Source of the DNA: a virus
Lineage: Duplodnaviria > Heunggongvirae > Uroviricota > Caudoviricetes
Virus record (IMG/VR): IMGVR_UViG_3300037067_008064
Span: 64,001-128,000 of that record
DNA length: 64,000 nucleotides
Direction: 5' to 3' (one strand)
Shown here: positions 18,155 through 28,379 of the stretch, piece by piece
Layout: each line of letters starts with the position of its first letter
How positions within the stretch are numbered: the stretch's first letter is position 1
Notes under the pieces: generated by a model
Seen by the model: only the letters and a program-made list of their open reading frames with translations
The model's database searches: none
Told to the model about the DNA's origin: nothing
Position numbers and translations under genes: made by a program

Positions 18155-19027
18155 ATGAAAAATATTGAACTAATTCCTTTTAAATCCAAGACAATTAAGT
18201 CTTTGGATGAATTTAAAAACATAATACAAAATAGTATTATGTTCCTTTATACAGACAGAGAACATATCCATGAAATGGATGGAAGGAAAAGACCTACATT
18301 TGGATGGTCCCGGATTGCTTTTTTTTATGGTTTTAATAAAGATGGTAAATGCAATATTGATTATGTAACCCCCGATCCTATTTTCAAACAATCTAATATG
18401 GATTTTTTGATGAATAAATTATATATACAGCCACCATATCCTAAAAATGATGTGACAGAAGCCTATAAATTATTTTGTTTTGCACAAAAAAGGCAATTCA
18501 AAATGTATATAATTGATTCAAGATATGATATTTTAACACCAGAAATTAGGACACTTGTACAGGAAAAACTTGACAGAGTTAAAATTATTGATGTTGAAGT
18601 TAATAATATCCTTAAAAATAAAAGTAATATACACTTTGGATATGGCATGAATAGAAGAAAAAGAGGTGCAAGACCTAATTATAGTAGTCCTTCTTATTTT
18701 CTAACTAATCATGCAAGATATGATGGCAGTCGCTTTACCTTCTCTTATAAAGAAAAAAGATATTATTATAATAATCATACCCATCGTTTGGAATCTGAAA
18801 AGGCTGATTCTTATTTTAATGCTTATGGTTTTTTAGAGAATACTAATTATTTTAATACAACAAGTGATAGTTCCTATATCTATAAGGTTACTCAAAAAGA
18901 AAAGAAAGAAATTCTTATTAGATACATGGAAATTGATAAAATTTATAGGGAAGCTATTGCTATAGTAAATGAAGAGGTTAATGAAATTTATAATCTTTTA
19001 AAAATTAATGTTGTAAGGGCTATTTAA
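18155..19027 (+). CDS. Hypothetical protein
   Basis: 290-aa ORF behind promoter box. Confidence 0.65.
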   Translation: MKNIELIPFKSKTIKSLDEFKNIIQNSIMFLYTDREHIHEMDGRKRPTFGWSRIAFFYGFNKDGKCNIDYVTPDPIFKQSNMDFLMNKLYIQPPYPKNDVTEAYKLFCFAQKRQFKMYIIDSRYDILTPEIRTLVQEKLDRVKIIDVEVNNILKNKSNIHFGYGMNRRKRGARPNYSSPSYFLTNHARYDGSRFTFSYKEKRYYYNNHTHRLESEKADSYFNAYGFLENTNYFNTTSDSSYIYKVTQKEKKEILIRYMEIDKIYREAIAIVNEEVNEIYNLLKINVVRAI

Positions 19028-19356
19028 TAAATTATTAATATAATGAAATCACAGAAAGATATTGAGTTGATGTTAACTATAGAAGAAAATAGACTTCAAT
19101 ATGCTAAGAATCAAGGAGCCAATGAACAAGGACAGATTGAAAACATGTTAGTTGTGAATGAGTTAGAATCTAGAATTTCCATTTTAAAGTGGGTTTTAGG
19201 AATGGCAGATTCAAAATAATATAAATCCTTTACTTTTAGTATAAAATTAATCAGAACGCGCAGAACTTATCTAGAAATATACCAGAAATCCTTTTGGAAT
19301 ATAATATAGAAAGTCATTAAAAATCATAAATAATTGGTTTATAATGACTTTTTCTT

Positions 19357-19430
19357 TTTAACAATTTTTAACATAATAAATTTTTTTCTGTCCGAGTTAT
19401 TAGTTAATTTGGTATTATTGAATTTGAAAA
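19357..19430 (+). promoter_or_regulatory. Early-type promoter cassette (second copy)
   Basis: tttaacaatttttaaca at 19357-19373; 36-nt identity to 14432-14467 at 19395-19430. Confidence 0.75.
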
Positions 19431-19434
19431 TTAT

Positions 19435-19890
19435 ATGAAAGATAAATATCCATTGGAAGGTCTTAACACTATAAAAGATAACCTTTTAGGTGGTAATGCT
19501 ACTCTTACTTTGGAAAGCGAAGATACTGGTAAATGGTTTACCTATAAAATTCGTACACCAAAGGATGGAGATTCTAAAGGAAAAGTATTTTGGGTATCTG
19601 TTTTAAATGGCCCTGATAATGTTCATTCATATTCATATATTGGTTCTTTAATTAATGCCAATAATGGTATAAGATTTCAAATAACTAATGGTTCAAAATG
19701 TGGTTCAGATGCTTTATCCTTTAAAGCTTTTAATTTCTTAACCAATCAGATTGCCAAAAGTAAATTGAATTCTAAATTACACGTATATCATATGGGACAC
19801 TGTGCAAGGTGTGGCAGGCCTTTAACTACTCCTGAATCAATTCAGATAGGAATAGGTCCAGTTTGCTTAAGTATTTCAAAGAAAAAATAA
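19435..19890 (+). CDS. Zn-ribbon protein (DUF6011-like C-terminus)
   Basis: CARCGRPLTTPESIQIGIGPVC. Confidence 0.75.
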   Translation: MKDKYPLEGLNTIKDNLLGGNATLTLESEDTGKWFTYKIRTPKDGDSKGKVFWVSVLNGPDNVHSYSYIGSLINANNGIRFQITNGSKCGSDALSFKAFNFLTNQIAKSKLNSKLHVYHMGHCARCGRPLTTPESIQIGIGPVCLSISKKK

Positions 19891-19931
19891 AAATATTGGT
19901 GGGAGGATTAACATCCGCTATTACCACCATA

Positions 19932-20007
19932 GATTGGATAGCATAATAGGAAGTGCATCAGACCTCTATGGCAACTGAGAATGAAAGTTCGAACCCTTCT
20001 CCAATCA
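19932..20007 (+). tRNA. Atypical/pseudo tRNA with enlarged anticodon loop; no encoded CCA
   Basis: Acceptor GATTGGA/TCCAATC+A, D arm GCAT/GTGC, T arm GAAAG-TTCGAAC-CCTTC; anticodon stem TCAG/CTGA encloses 13 nt. Confidence 0.7.
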
Positions 20008-20021
20008 CAAATAAAATACAT

Positions 20022-20102
20022 GGCTTTGCTCCTGAGGATGATAGCCCACAGAGAAACATGGAACATAGAACAATGTTAATAGTTCGAATCTATTCAAAGC
20101 CA
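20022..20102 (+). tRNA. Atypical/pseudo class II-like tRNA (long variable arm), anticodon arm degenerate
   Basis: Acceptor GGCTTTG/CAAAGCC+A, T arm AATAG-TTCGAAT-CTATT, variable arm AACAT/ATGTT; anticodon arm only CCA/TGG and no U33. Confidence 0.6.
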
Positions 20103-20151
20103 CTCTCGTAATATTTTGTACTCCTTTGTGAATATATAGAATAAAATCTAT

Positions 20152-20814
20152 ATGCCAAGGAAACAAAAAACTTATCACTATATTTATAAAACCACATGTA
20201 CTAGTACAAACAAATACTACATTGGAATGCATTCAACAGATAATTTGGATGATGGTTATTTAGGTAGTGGAAAATATTTAAGACGTTCTTTAAATAAACA
20301 CGGTATTGAAAATCATAATAAAGAAATTATTGAATTTTTAACAAACAGAAATTCTCTAAAAGAAAGAGAAAGACAAATAGTTAATGAAGAACTAGTTCAT
20401 GATAAATTATGTATGAATTTAAAATTAGGTGGAGAAGGTGGTTGGCCTATTTTAAATATTAAAATTCGTAAAAAAATATCAAGTTTAGGTGGTAAAGCAA
20501 AAATAAAACTATATGGAGATATGTTTCATAATCATCATGAAAAACTTAAAAATGATTTAATTTATCGTTTAAAATATTTAGAGTGTATGAAGGATGTTAA
20601 TCAAGGAAAAGAACATCCTTTTTATAATAAACACCATACAGAAGAAACAAAATTAAAAATGAGTTTATCTCAACAAGGAAAACAAAAAGGAGAAAGAAAT
20701 TCTCAATATGGAACTTGTTGGATAACTAATAATAAAGAAAATAAAAAAATTAAAAAAGAAGACATTAATATTTACACAAAATGTGGGTGGGTATTAGGTC
20801 GTAAAGTAAAATAA
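20152..20814 (+). mobile_element. Free-standing GIY-YIG homing endonuclease (Seg-like, NUMOD3)
   Basis: YIYKTT...YYIGMHST...GYLGSG; HPFYNKHHTEETKLKMS. Confidence 0.9.
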
Positions 20815-20991
20815 TAAAAATGAAAAGATTATCATTTAATCAGGCTCATAAATTAGCTATATCTAAATTCGGAAAAGATTTAGGTATGTTCGGAAGATTG
20901 CTTACAAACGGTGGCAACGTAATTTCTGGAAAATATGTTAGTTATGGATTGAATAGAATAATAACTAAAAAAGAATTATTAAATAATTAAA

Positions 20992-21540
20992 ATGAAAACA
21001 AGACCTTATTTATTACAACGTTTGAATAAACCATATCCTAATGATTCCAGATTTAAAAGTAATCCTTTTGCTTTTGGTGGTGGATATAAAAACGGTGGTT
21101 TATCTGATGAGGCTATGGAAATTTTTAGTTCCATTTGGTCTTATGATTATATGGGCTCTGCAGAATTTGAATGGGGTGCACTACCTAAGTCCTGGGAAAG
21201 GATTGGAAATAACCTTAAGGAATATACAGTTCATGTATTTAATGTAACAGCTAAGTTCATGGATTGGAGAACCAAAGAAAGAACCATTAAAACTGCTCCT
21301 GTTTATATTTTCTGTAAAAATGAAGATATTAAAGAAATTGAAGAATGGCTTGTAAAGTTTGCTGATGAGGAAAAACATGATTATCAAACTAAAGAATGGA
21401 TAAATTTGGGCCATTCTATTTGTACTCCAGATAACAAAACTTTGGGTTGGCATGATATTGATAATGATTATCTTTTCTTTATTAATAAAGAAATGATTGA
21501 TAAACTTATTTCGGCTTTGGGACTTAACATTAAATATTAA
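20992..21540 (+). CDS. Hypothetical protein
   Basis: YDYMGSAEFEWGALP motif. Confidence 0.6.
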   Translation: MKTRPYLLQRLNKPYPNDSRFKSNPFAFGGGYKNGGLSDEAMEIFSSIWSYDYMGSAEFEWGALPKSWERIGNNLKEYTVHVFNVTAKFMDWRTKERTIKTAPVYIFCKNEDIKEIEEWLVKFADEEKHDYQTKEWINLGHSICTPDNKTLGWHDIDNDYLFFINKEMIDKLISALGLNIKY

Positions 21541-21544
21541 TAAA

Positions 21545-22054
21545 ATGGGTTGGTGGTCAAAAGATATTATGGGTGGAGATATACCTTTGGATTTTGAAGA
21601 TCTTTTATATGGTCTTGCAAAGGTAGAAAAATTTCCGGAAGATGTCGATGGTAATACAATTGGCATGGCTGATATACCAGTTAAAAGTTTAACTCATGAA
21701 GTTATTAATGCTTATATTGCTTATATTGAAAAAGATAAGTATGAAAAAGAAATTGGATATCAGGTTCTTGGTGTCATGATGATGAAAATTGGAGCGCCGA
21801 TATCTAAAGAATTAAAAGCCAAAATTATAGAAGCAGCACAACTTGATGAATGGGCTATGGCTGATACTGATAGGGCATTTATAATGGGACAATTTATTGG
21901 AATATTAAGTGCATATGAAGGTACACCTATTGAAATAAAGTCAAAGGGTTTATTTGAAACAATGGCAGAAAAACTTAATGAAGGAATCGTTCTTTTTGAT
22001 GATTCTGATTTAACCAAACAAATGAAAAAATTATCAAATAAAAAAATTAAATAA
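21545..22054 (+). CDS. Hypothetical protein (start moved to MGWWS)
   Basis: Track start 21497 overlaps upstream gene. Confidence 0.6.
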   Translation: MGWWSKDIMGGDIPLDFEDLLYGLAKVEKFPEDVDGNTIGMADIPVKSLTHEVINAYIAYIEKDKYEKEIGYQVLGVMMMKIGAPISKELKAKIIEAAQLDEWAMADTDRAFIMGQFIGILSAYEGTPIEIKSKGLFETMAEKLNEGIVLFDDSDLTKQMKKLSNKKIK

Positions 22055-22055
22055 T

Positions 22056-22262
22056 ATGAAACCATTAAAAAATATTATAGTAACAGTTCTTGTTTTAATA
22101 GGAATAGCTTATATAGTTATAGGATTAATTATTAATAATATGCAATATCAAGATCATGGAATATTGATTGTATTATTATCTTATTTAACATCTAGTATAC
22201 ATGTTATAAACTATAATCAACGTTTATATAAACAATCTAAATATACTAAAATAATTAAATAA
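22056..22262 (+). CDS. Small membrane protein
   Basis: Two hydrophobic segments. Confidence 0.5.
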   Translation: MKPLKNIIVTVLVLIGIAYIVIGLIINNMQYQDHGILIVLLSYLTSSIHVINYNQRLYKQSKYTKIIK

Positions 22263-22263
22263 C

Positions 22264-22509
22264 ATGAAAATAACATCAACGCAAGTTAATTTTAATGACC
22301 AATGTATTGTTGAATTAACAGAAAGAGGAAAAGAAATTCTTGAAAAACCTCAATTTAAATGTTATATGGATTATAATTATAACAAAGATACCAATTTTTT
22401 AAAGGTTTCTTTATGGGAATTATTTGAAATATTTGGAAACGATGTGTGGCATGGTTGTCAAATTCCTTTTGCACACAATATTATAACAATTTTAAATGAA
22501 CAAGAATAA
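22264..22509 (+). CDS. Hypothetical protein
   Basis: VELTERG...LWELFEIFG small phage ORF. Confidence 0.55.
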   Translation: MKITSTQVNFNDQCIVELTERGKEILEKPQFKCYMDYNYNKDTNFLKVSLWELFEIFGNDVWHGCQIPFAHNIITILNEQE

Positions 22510-22511
22510 AA

Positions 22512-22528
22512 TTTAACATTTTTTAACA
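22512..22528 (+). promoter_or_regulatory. Tandem TTTAACA box
   Basis: Exact tttaacattttttaaca upstream of 22591. Confidence 0.75.
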
Positions 22529-22590
22529 TTTAAAATTTTTAAGTGTCAAATAAATTGTATACTTTTATTGTAACATTTAATTCATAAACA

Positions 22591-22797
22591 ATGTCTAACA
22601 ATAAACTTTTTAAAAAACTGGCAAAATTAGAGACAGCAATATCTCTAAACCACAAAGAAATGGAAAACCAGTTTAATACGTTAGATGCCGATAAAGAAAA
22701 GTTACTCCGTAACTTTGTTAAAGGTAAAATGACTGCTTATGAAGAAATTTTTGAAATGGTCAATGCTATGAAGATTGTTGCAAAGAATGATCTTTAA
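22591..22797 (+). CDS. Hypothetical protein
   Basis: ORF behind promoter. Confidence 0.55.
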   Translation: MSNNKLFKKLAKLETAISLNHKEMENQFNTLDADKEKLLRNFVKGKMTAYEEIFEMVNAMKIVAKNDL

Positions 22798-22800
22798 TAT

Positions 22801-22998
22801 ATGAAAGCTATTAATAAAAATAAAATCCGTAATTTTCTCTATCATTCTAATGGGTATATCATTATATCTAATGATAGAGGATTTACTATTAAACATGCTC
22901 ATTCTATTTTAGGAAGAACCTTAAATATATGCGTGGCCCATCTTAGTGATGAGGGTCAATTAGATGCATGGAAAAAATATTTACACATAACACAATAA
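22801..22998 (+). CDS. Hypothetical protein
   Basis: ORF in operon. Confidence 0.45.
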   Translation: MKAINKNKIRNFLYHSNGYIIISNDRGFTIKHAHSILGRTLNICVAHLSDEGQLDAWKKYLHITQ

Positions 22999-23010
22999 TT
23001 AAACAGTAAT

Positions 23011-23850
23011 ATGGAAAACATGTTAACAACGGTTGGTTTTAAAGTTAAGTCACTTGACGAACTTAAAGGAAATGTTCCTGCGGCATTTTCACCCAAACAA
23101 GACCCTAATCGCAGTGATAAGTATTCTTTTGTGCCAACCCATGAGCTCCTCGCTCTTTTTGCAAAGTTAGGTTGGGCTCCTTACTCCGGAAAACAAAATG
23201 GTAAAAGCCCATTTGCCCGTCATATTGTAAGGTTGGAAAATCCAGAATTTCCTTTCATGGATTTAAAAAATGACAAAGTAAAACCTCAGATTATCCTTGA
23301 TAATTCACATAATGGTTCATCCAGTGCTAAAGTTCACATGGGCCTTTTCAGGTTAGTATGTACTAATGGACTGGTTGTTGCTATGCCTGGACTTTATAGT
23401 GGTGTTAAATTTCGCCATATTGGTTTATCATTTGAAGAAGTGAAAGACCTTGTTGAAGAAACAATGACTCATTATAATGTTGTTGGTGAACATATTGGTG
23501 ACATGGCCGCTCGTATTCTTACACCTGATGAACAACTTGGATTTGCTGTTTCAGCATATGCACATCGTGTAGGTGCTCGTTTATTTGATGAAGATGGTGA
23601 AGTCCTTATTGAAAAGGTTCTTAAGGAAATGAATCCTGATAATGTTATTATGCCTCTTCGTGATGCTGATAATGGTGATGACCTTTGGACAAAGTTCAAT
23701 GTTATTCAGGAACGTATGGTAAAAGGTGAATTTGATAAATTTGCTACTTCCGGCCGTAAATCTCATCCAAGACAACTCCTTAATGGTGTTCGTAATATTG
23801 AATATAACAAAGTTCTTTGGGAAGTTGCTGAAGATTATTTGGACAATTAA
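23011..23850 (+). CDS. DUF932/DUF945-family protein
   Basis: ILDNSHNGSSS, GLFRLVCTNGL, DLWTKFNVIQE motifs. Confidence 0.85.
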   Translation: MENMLTTVGFKVKSLDELKGNVPAAFSPKQDPNRSDKYSFVPTHELLALFAKLGWAPYSGKQNGKSPFARHIVRLENPEFPFMDLKNDKVKPQIILDNSHNGSSSAKVHMGLFRLVCTNGLVVAMPGLYSGVKFRHIGLSFEEVKDLVEETMTHYNVVGEHIGDMAARILTPDEQLGFAVSAYAHRVGARLFDEDGEVLIEKVLKEMNPDNVIMPLRDADNGDDLWTKFNVIQERMVKGEFDKFATSGRKSHPRQLLNGVRNIEYNKVLWEVAEDYLDN

Positions 23851-23861
23851 AAATATGGTTT

Positions 23862-23892
23862 AGAAGTGCTGAGGTGAGTCCTTAGCACTTCT
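23862..23892 (+). terminator. 13-bp hairpin, possible terminator or processing site
   Basis: agaagtgctgagg-tgagt-ccttagcacttct; weak U-tract. Confidence 0.55.
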
Positions 23893-24073
23893 TAAATTAA
23901 AATAATAAGTAGTTATGTTTTGGAAAAAAAGTTGGAGAGATTGGGTGTTTGATAGTTCTATTGAAGTAGGAACAGAAAAAACCGGTCCTAAGAAGATACT
24001 TCAAATTTACAAAAGAACTCGTATTCGTGATAATAAACCACAATATAAAACAATAACTATTAAATTACGTTAA

Positions 24074-24747
24074 ATGAAAGCAAAAAAAGTAAATGATTTC
24101 ACAATGGGTATTTCTCCCAAAGATTGGGAACGAATGCTGGACTTAGTTATGAAAGGTAATGATGGTGATACAGTAGCCAAACTAATAAAAGATAAAAATA
24201 AGGCAATTGCTAGATTTGTTGCCGGTCTAAAACTTGCAAATAGTTCATTAAAATATAATGATAGTTGGAAAAGTTATTCAGGTTCATTTTCTTCTTTGGG
24301 TGATAAAGCTCTGGAATTAGGAGCAACTCCAGAAGAAATTCAGAACCTTTATGATATACTAATACACCAACTATTTATACAGAAAAAATGGCCAAATTGA
24401 GTGGAAAGAAATTAAAAGATAGGTTTGTTGGTGATATTTCAAGAGCAATTTTAGATGCTGGTTTTGATATTAATTATTTACCTTATAATGGTTATGCAAT
24501 GACTGGTGAAGGTAAAGATGCTATGGCCAGAAATGGAATAAAATGGACTATTGGCTATAAGTCAGAAATTATATTAAATGATAAAAAAATTAATTTTAAT
24601 TTTGATGCAATTACAAATGAAAGTTGTGATCCTAAACCAACTTATTATGTTGTAGATCAAAGTTCTGATAGTATATTTAGTCCCTTAAAATGGAAAATAA
24701 TGGGAAAAATGGAATTTATTTCTGGGATAAAATCATTATTAAAATAA
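24074..24747 (+). pseudogene. Probably one gene split by a frameshift near 24355 (ORFs 24074..24400 and 24388..24747)
   Basis: Second frame is open from 24355 (YTNTPTIYTEKMAKL), overlapping the first ORF. Confidence 0.45.
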
Positions 24748-25043
24748 AATAAAATGAGAGTAGATTTTAATACAGTAACAGAACTGGAAAAAGCTGTAAG
24801 AGAACAAATTGATTTTTTAGAAAATCATATATCATCTACTAAAAATGGTGGATGGTCAACACAAGGTATTGATGCAATGCAAAAACAATGTGATAAATTA
24901 AAAGTATTGCTCTTTAATTTAAACAGATAATAAAATGAAAGGAAATACTTACAATATTCAGGTTTTTGTTTTATTGGATATTATAAATGGTATTTCAAAG
25001 ATGAATTTTTTAATGTATTTGAACTTAAAGAAATTCCATTAAA

Positions 25044-25271
25044 ATGAAAAAGAAAAATCAAAATAAAATATTTAGTAAAATTAAATTAAGTCATGTAATT
25101 GATTTAATTCCTGAATTTATATTACTTTTATTTGTAATTTTTTTAATATTAAAGTTAAATGATAATATAGATTGGAACTGGGTATGGATTTTAAGCCCTA
25201 TTTGGGTACCAATAGTTTTATTTGGTGGTTTATACCTTTTATGTTTTGTAACACGAAAAACGCACTATTAA
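25044..25271 (+). CDS. Small membrane protein
   Basis: IDWNWVWILSPIW motif, two TM segments. Confidence 0.6.
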   Translation: MKKKNQNKIFSKIKLSHVIDLIPEFILLLFVIFLILKLNDNIDWNWVWILSPIWVPIVLFGGLYLLCFVTRKTHY

Positions 25272-25290
25272 TATATAAATAAAAACTAAA

Positions 25291-26538
25291 ATGGATTTAC
25301 CTGCTCAATTAACAGATTTGTTAAACCTTTTAAGAAAGGAAATTTCAATAAGATTATTATTGAAAAAATCTAATGTTTATTTAATTGGGGGGTGTGTGCG
25401 TGATGCTTATTTAAATAAATCAATTAAAGATGTTGATATTGTTGTTGAAGATTTAACTCTAGAAGAAATTAAACATTTATTAAGACCTTATGGCTCAATT
25501 AAAATTGTTGGAGAATCATTTGCAGTTATTAAATTTAAACCAAAAGGTTGGGATGAAGATATAGATATTGCAGTTCCAAGAGAAGATATTAAAACTGGTG
25601 AAGGTCACAAAGGATTTGAAGTTAACACAGAAGGTGTTGATATTATACAAGATTTAAGAAGAAGAGATATTACTATTAATAGTATTGCTGTTAATATTAA
25701 AACCGGAAAAATAATAGACCCATTTGATGGATTGGGCGATATTAGAAAGCATTTAATTATTGCTACTAATCCTGAAGCTTTTATAGATGACCCATTGAGA
25801 ATAATGCGTGTGATTCAATTTGCATCTAGATTTAATTTTCAAATTGATAATGGGACATTTGGTTTAATGAAACATTATGCTCATTTAATTACTAAAATAC
25901 CCGGTGAACGAATTTTAGATGAATTAAATAAAATTATTAATAAAAAAGGTAATACTGAATTAGCAATAAACTTATTAAATAAAACAGGATTAGATAAATA
26001 TATTTTTGGAAATACAATAGAAGGTATTGATCAGCAAGATTTAAATAATTTAGATATGATATCTTTTTATTATCTATTAGGATTATTATCAAATCAAAAT
26101 CCTGCTAAACTTTATAAAGGAAAATTAAGAGGAGAATTTGATATAGCAAAGGCTATAGAAAATTTAGGAAAGTTATTATCAACATTCACACATTATGATT
26201 ATTATATACAAAACGAAAATAAAAACGAAGCAAATTTAAAATATAATGTATTAATTTCTATAAATGAATCTCCTTTAATTAAGCATTCTGTAATTTTACC
26301 AGATAAAATAAAGAATATTTTAAAGGAAATGAATAAAAAAGAAATTCCTTCATCATTAAAAGATTTAAGTATTAATGGTGATGATATAATGGATTTTCTT
26401 GAAATTAAAACTCCAAACATAGTTGTAGGTAAAATAATAAAGAGATTAGCAACTGATGCTTTAATGAAAAAATATAATTGGAAAAATAAAATTAAATCAC
26501 TAGAATATTTAGAATCAATAATTAAAGAAATAATATAA
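25291..26538 (+). CDS. cca: CCA-adding tRNA nucleotidyltransferase (class II / poly(A) polymerase family)
   Basis: YLIGGCVRD, DVD, DLRRRDITINSIA, DDPLRIMR. Confidence 0.9.
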   Translation: MDLPAQLTDLLNLLRKEISIRLLLKKSNVYLIGGCVRDAYLNKSIKDVDIVVEDLTLEEIKHLLRPYGSIKIVGESFAVIKFKPKGWDEDIDIAVPREDIKTGEGHKGFEVNTEGVDIIQDLRRRDITINSIAVNIKTGKIIDPFDGLGDIRKHLIIATNPEAFIDDPLRIMRVIQFASRFNFQIDNGTFGLMKHYAHLITKIPGERILDELNKIINKKGNTELAINLLNKTGLDKYIFGNTIEGIDQQDLNNLDMISFYYLLGLLSNQNPAKLYKGKLRGEFDIAKAIENLGKLLSTFTHYDYYIQNENKNEANLKYNVLISINESPLIKHSVILPDKIKNILKEMNKKEIPSSLKDLSINGDDIMDFLEIKTPNIVVGKIIKRLATDALMKKYNWKNKIKSLEYLESIIKEII

Positions 26539-26673
26539 TGAGTACTAGTAAAAAGAAAAACCTTATTCCTAATAAGGGCAAAACACACAAGAACCAAGTT
26601 AAAGTTAAAAAAGTTATTAAAGAAAATCATAGAGTTTTTAATAACATTAAATATCCGGGACTTTATAAAAAAG

Positions 26674-26859
26674 ATGAAACTTTATAAGTATAATTGGAAA
26701 AATAACGAAAAAAGAAAAACCTTATATGGTAGAACTTGTTTATTATTAAAGGTTGGAAAAAAGAATTCGATTTTAATAGAATTCACAGATAATAATCAAA
26801 AAGAAATTGTAAGTCGCAATTCAATTGTATTAGTCAAAGAATCAAATAATTTATTTTAA
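26674..26859 (+). CDS. Hypothetical protein
   Basis: Small ORF. Confidence 0.5.
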   Translation: MKLYKYNWKNNEKRKTLYGRTCLLLKVGKKNSILIEFTDNNQKEIVSRNSIVLVKESNNLF

Positions 26860-26861
26860 AT

Positions 26862-27107
26862 ATGATACCTCTTAAATATAGAATACCAAAACAAGGAAGA
26901 CCAAATAAAAGTGTTAGTGATTGTGAAGAATGTGATTTTTCCGCATTGCATAATTTAGTTGAATATATTATTGGTTTTTTTGAATATAACGGAATGGATT
27001 TTGTTGTTTGGGAATGCCCTGAATGCGGAAGTAAATGGTATTTTCACTCAAGAAGTAATGCATGGTTAAGATGGTATGAAGACTATCATGAAAATGATTA
27101 TTATTAA
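26862..27107 (+). CDS. Zn-ribbon protein
   Basis: CEEC...ECPECG. Confidence 0.6.
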   Translation: MIPLKYRIPKQGRPNKSVSDCEECDFSALHNLVEYIIGFFEYNGMDFVVWECPECGSKWYFHSRSNAWLRWYEDYHENDYY

Positions 27108-27110
27108 AAT

Positions 27111-27317
27111 ATGAAAAGAGATTATCCAAATAAAGATAAAAAGAAAAACAAAAGTTACCATCCAGTTGTTCCAAGAGATACTAGAAGATTTTATTGGAAA
27201 GAAGATAGATTAAAAGAAAAAGAAGCATTAAGAAAAATAGTTGAAGAAGGAAAAGATGAAGGTGATGTAAATTTACCTGGACAACATCGTCATTCAGCTA
27301 AATGGGATTGTGCATAA
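27111..27317 (+). CDS. Hypothetical protein
   Basis: Small basic ORF. Confidence 0.5.
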   Translation: MKRDYPNKDKKKNKSYHPVVPRDTRRFYWKEDRLKEKEALRKIVEEGKDEGDVNLPGQHRHSAKWDCA

Positions 27318-27811
27318 AAATAAAATTTAAATATATGAATGGTTGGGTTATAAATGGTGTTTGGTTTCCATACGGAATAGCTAAATTTTTAGATACAGTT
27401 AGAATTGTTGAAGAAGCTAATGTTCCAAAGACAATTATTGAAAACACATTAAATAAAATTGAAAAAGAATTTTCCAAAAATCTTATTATAAAGACATCTT
27501 ATGTGTGGTCATATTCTACTTGGTTTAAACAATATGTTCCTTCTTATATGTTTCAATTTCCTTTAAAATTTAAAGAAAATGAAAGATATAAAGTAGAATT
27601 AGTTGCTCTTAAAATATTAGAAAGTATTGATGCACACTTAGGATTTAAAGGTATGATATCTATAGCTTATGGTTATGGAGAAATGATACCTAATAAAACA
27701 ATGCCACAATCATCTAATGGAGAAGCTTATTTTAAAACTGGAAGATATATAGATAATTTTCAAAAATGTATTGAAAATATTAAAAAAGATAGAATTAAAT
27801 TTGTTGTGTAA
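27302..27811 (+). CDS. Hypothetical protein (start probably MNGWV)
   Basis: ORF in operon. Confidence 0.5.
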   Translation: MGLCIKIKFKYMNGWVINGVWFPYGIAKFLDTVRIVEEANVPKTIIENTLNKIEKEFSKNLIIKTSYVWSYSTWFKQYVPSYMFQFPLKFKENERYKVELVALKILESIDAHLGFKGMISIAYGYGEMIPNKTMPQSSNGEAYFKTGRYIDNFQKCIENIKKDRIKFVV

Positions 27812-28379
27812 TACATTAAACATTATGGAAATAAATAAAGAAAAGTTAATTGAAATTTGTGCTCAACGTGATATACGAGGTGCTTCACTTTATCAAACAA
27901 TTGAAAACGTAAGATATTTTAGTTCATCTCTTAAAAAAGAAGAAGAATTATCTATAGGTCAAATTGTAGATTATTTATTATCTTTATCAACTAAAGATCT
28001 TAATGAATTTTATAATGATGTTCTTTTAAGAGCAAATATTATAAGGCATAAAAGACAAATAGAAAGTGATAAAAAATATAAAGATGAAAAAGAAAGAAAA
28101 GAAAAACGTGGTGAAGAATTTAAAAAAATTCTTAAAGTTGGTGATGTAATTAAAGTTGAGGGAACACGTGATGGTAATGGTTATAGAGAAGTATTAAATA
28201 CAAATGATTATCAAGTTAGTTGTAGAAAATTAGTAAAGAAATTAAGAACTAAATCAGAACGTATGTTAGGTGTTCCAGAAACATATATAACTTTTAAGAG
28301 AGATAATTATATTACCACACATTTATTTGATAAAATTCAAAAAATATATTTTAAAGATCAATATCAAATAATAGATTAA
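27771..28379 (+). CDS. Hypothetical protein (start probably MEINK)
   Basis: ORF in operon. Confidence 0.55.
   Translation: MKILKKIELNLLCNTLNIMEINKEKLIEICAQRDIRGASLYQTIENVRYFSSSLKKEEELSIGQIVDYLLSLSTKDLNEFYNDVLLRANIIRHKRQIESDKKYKDEKERKEKRGEEFKKILKVGDVIKVEGTRDGNGYREVLNTNDYQVSCRKLVKKLRTKSERMLGVPETYITFKRDNYITTHLFDKIQKIYFKDQYQIID

Noticed and set aside
19964-19970. CUA anticodon suggesting TAG recoding (genetic code 15)
   Set aside because: Long genes are intact under the standard code and TAG ends ordinary genes (31799, 40815, 51026); the anticodon stem is non-canonical
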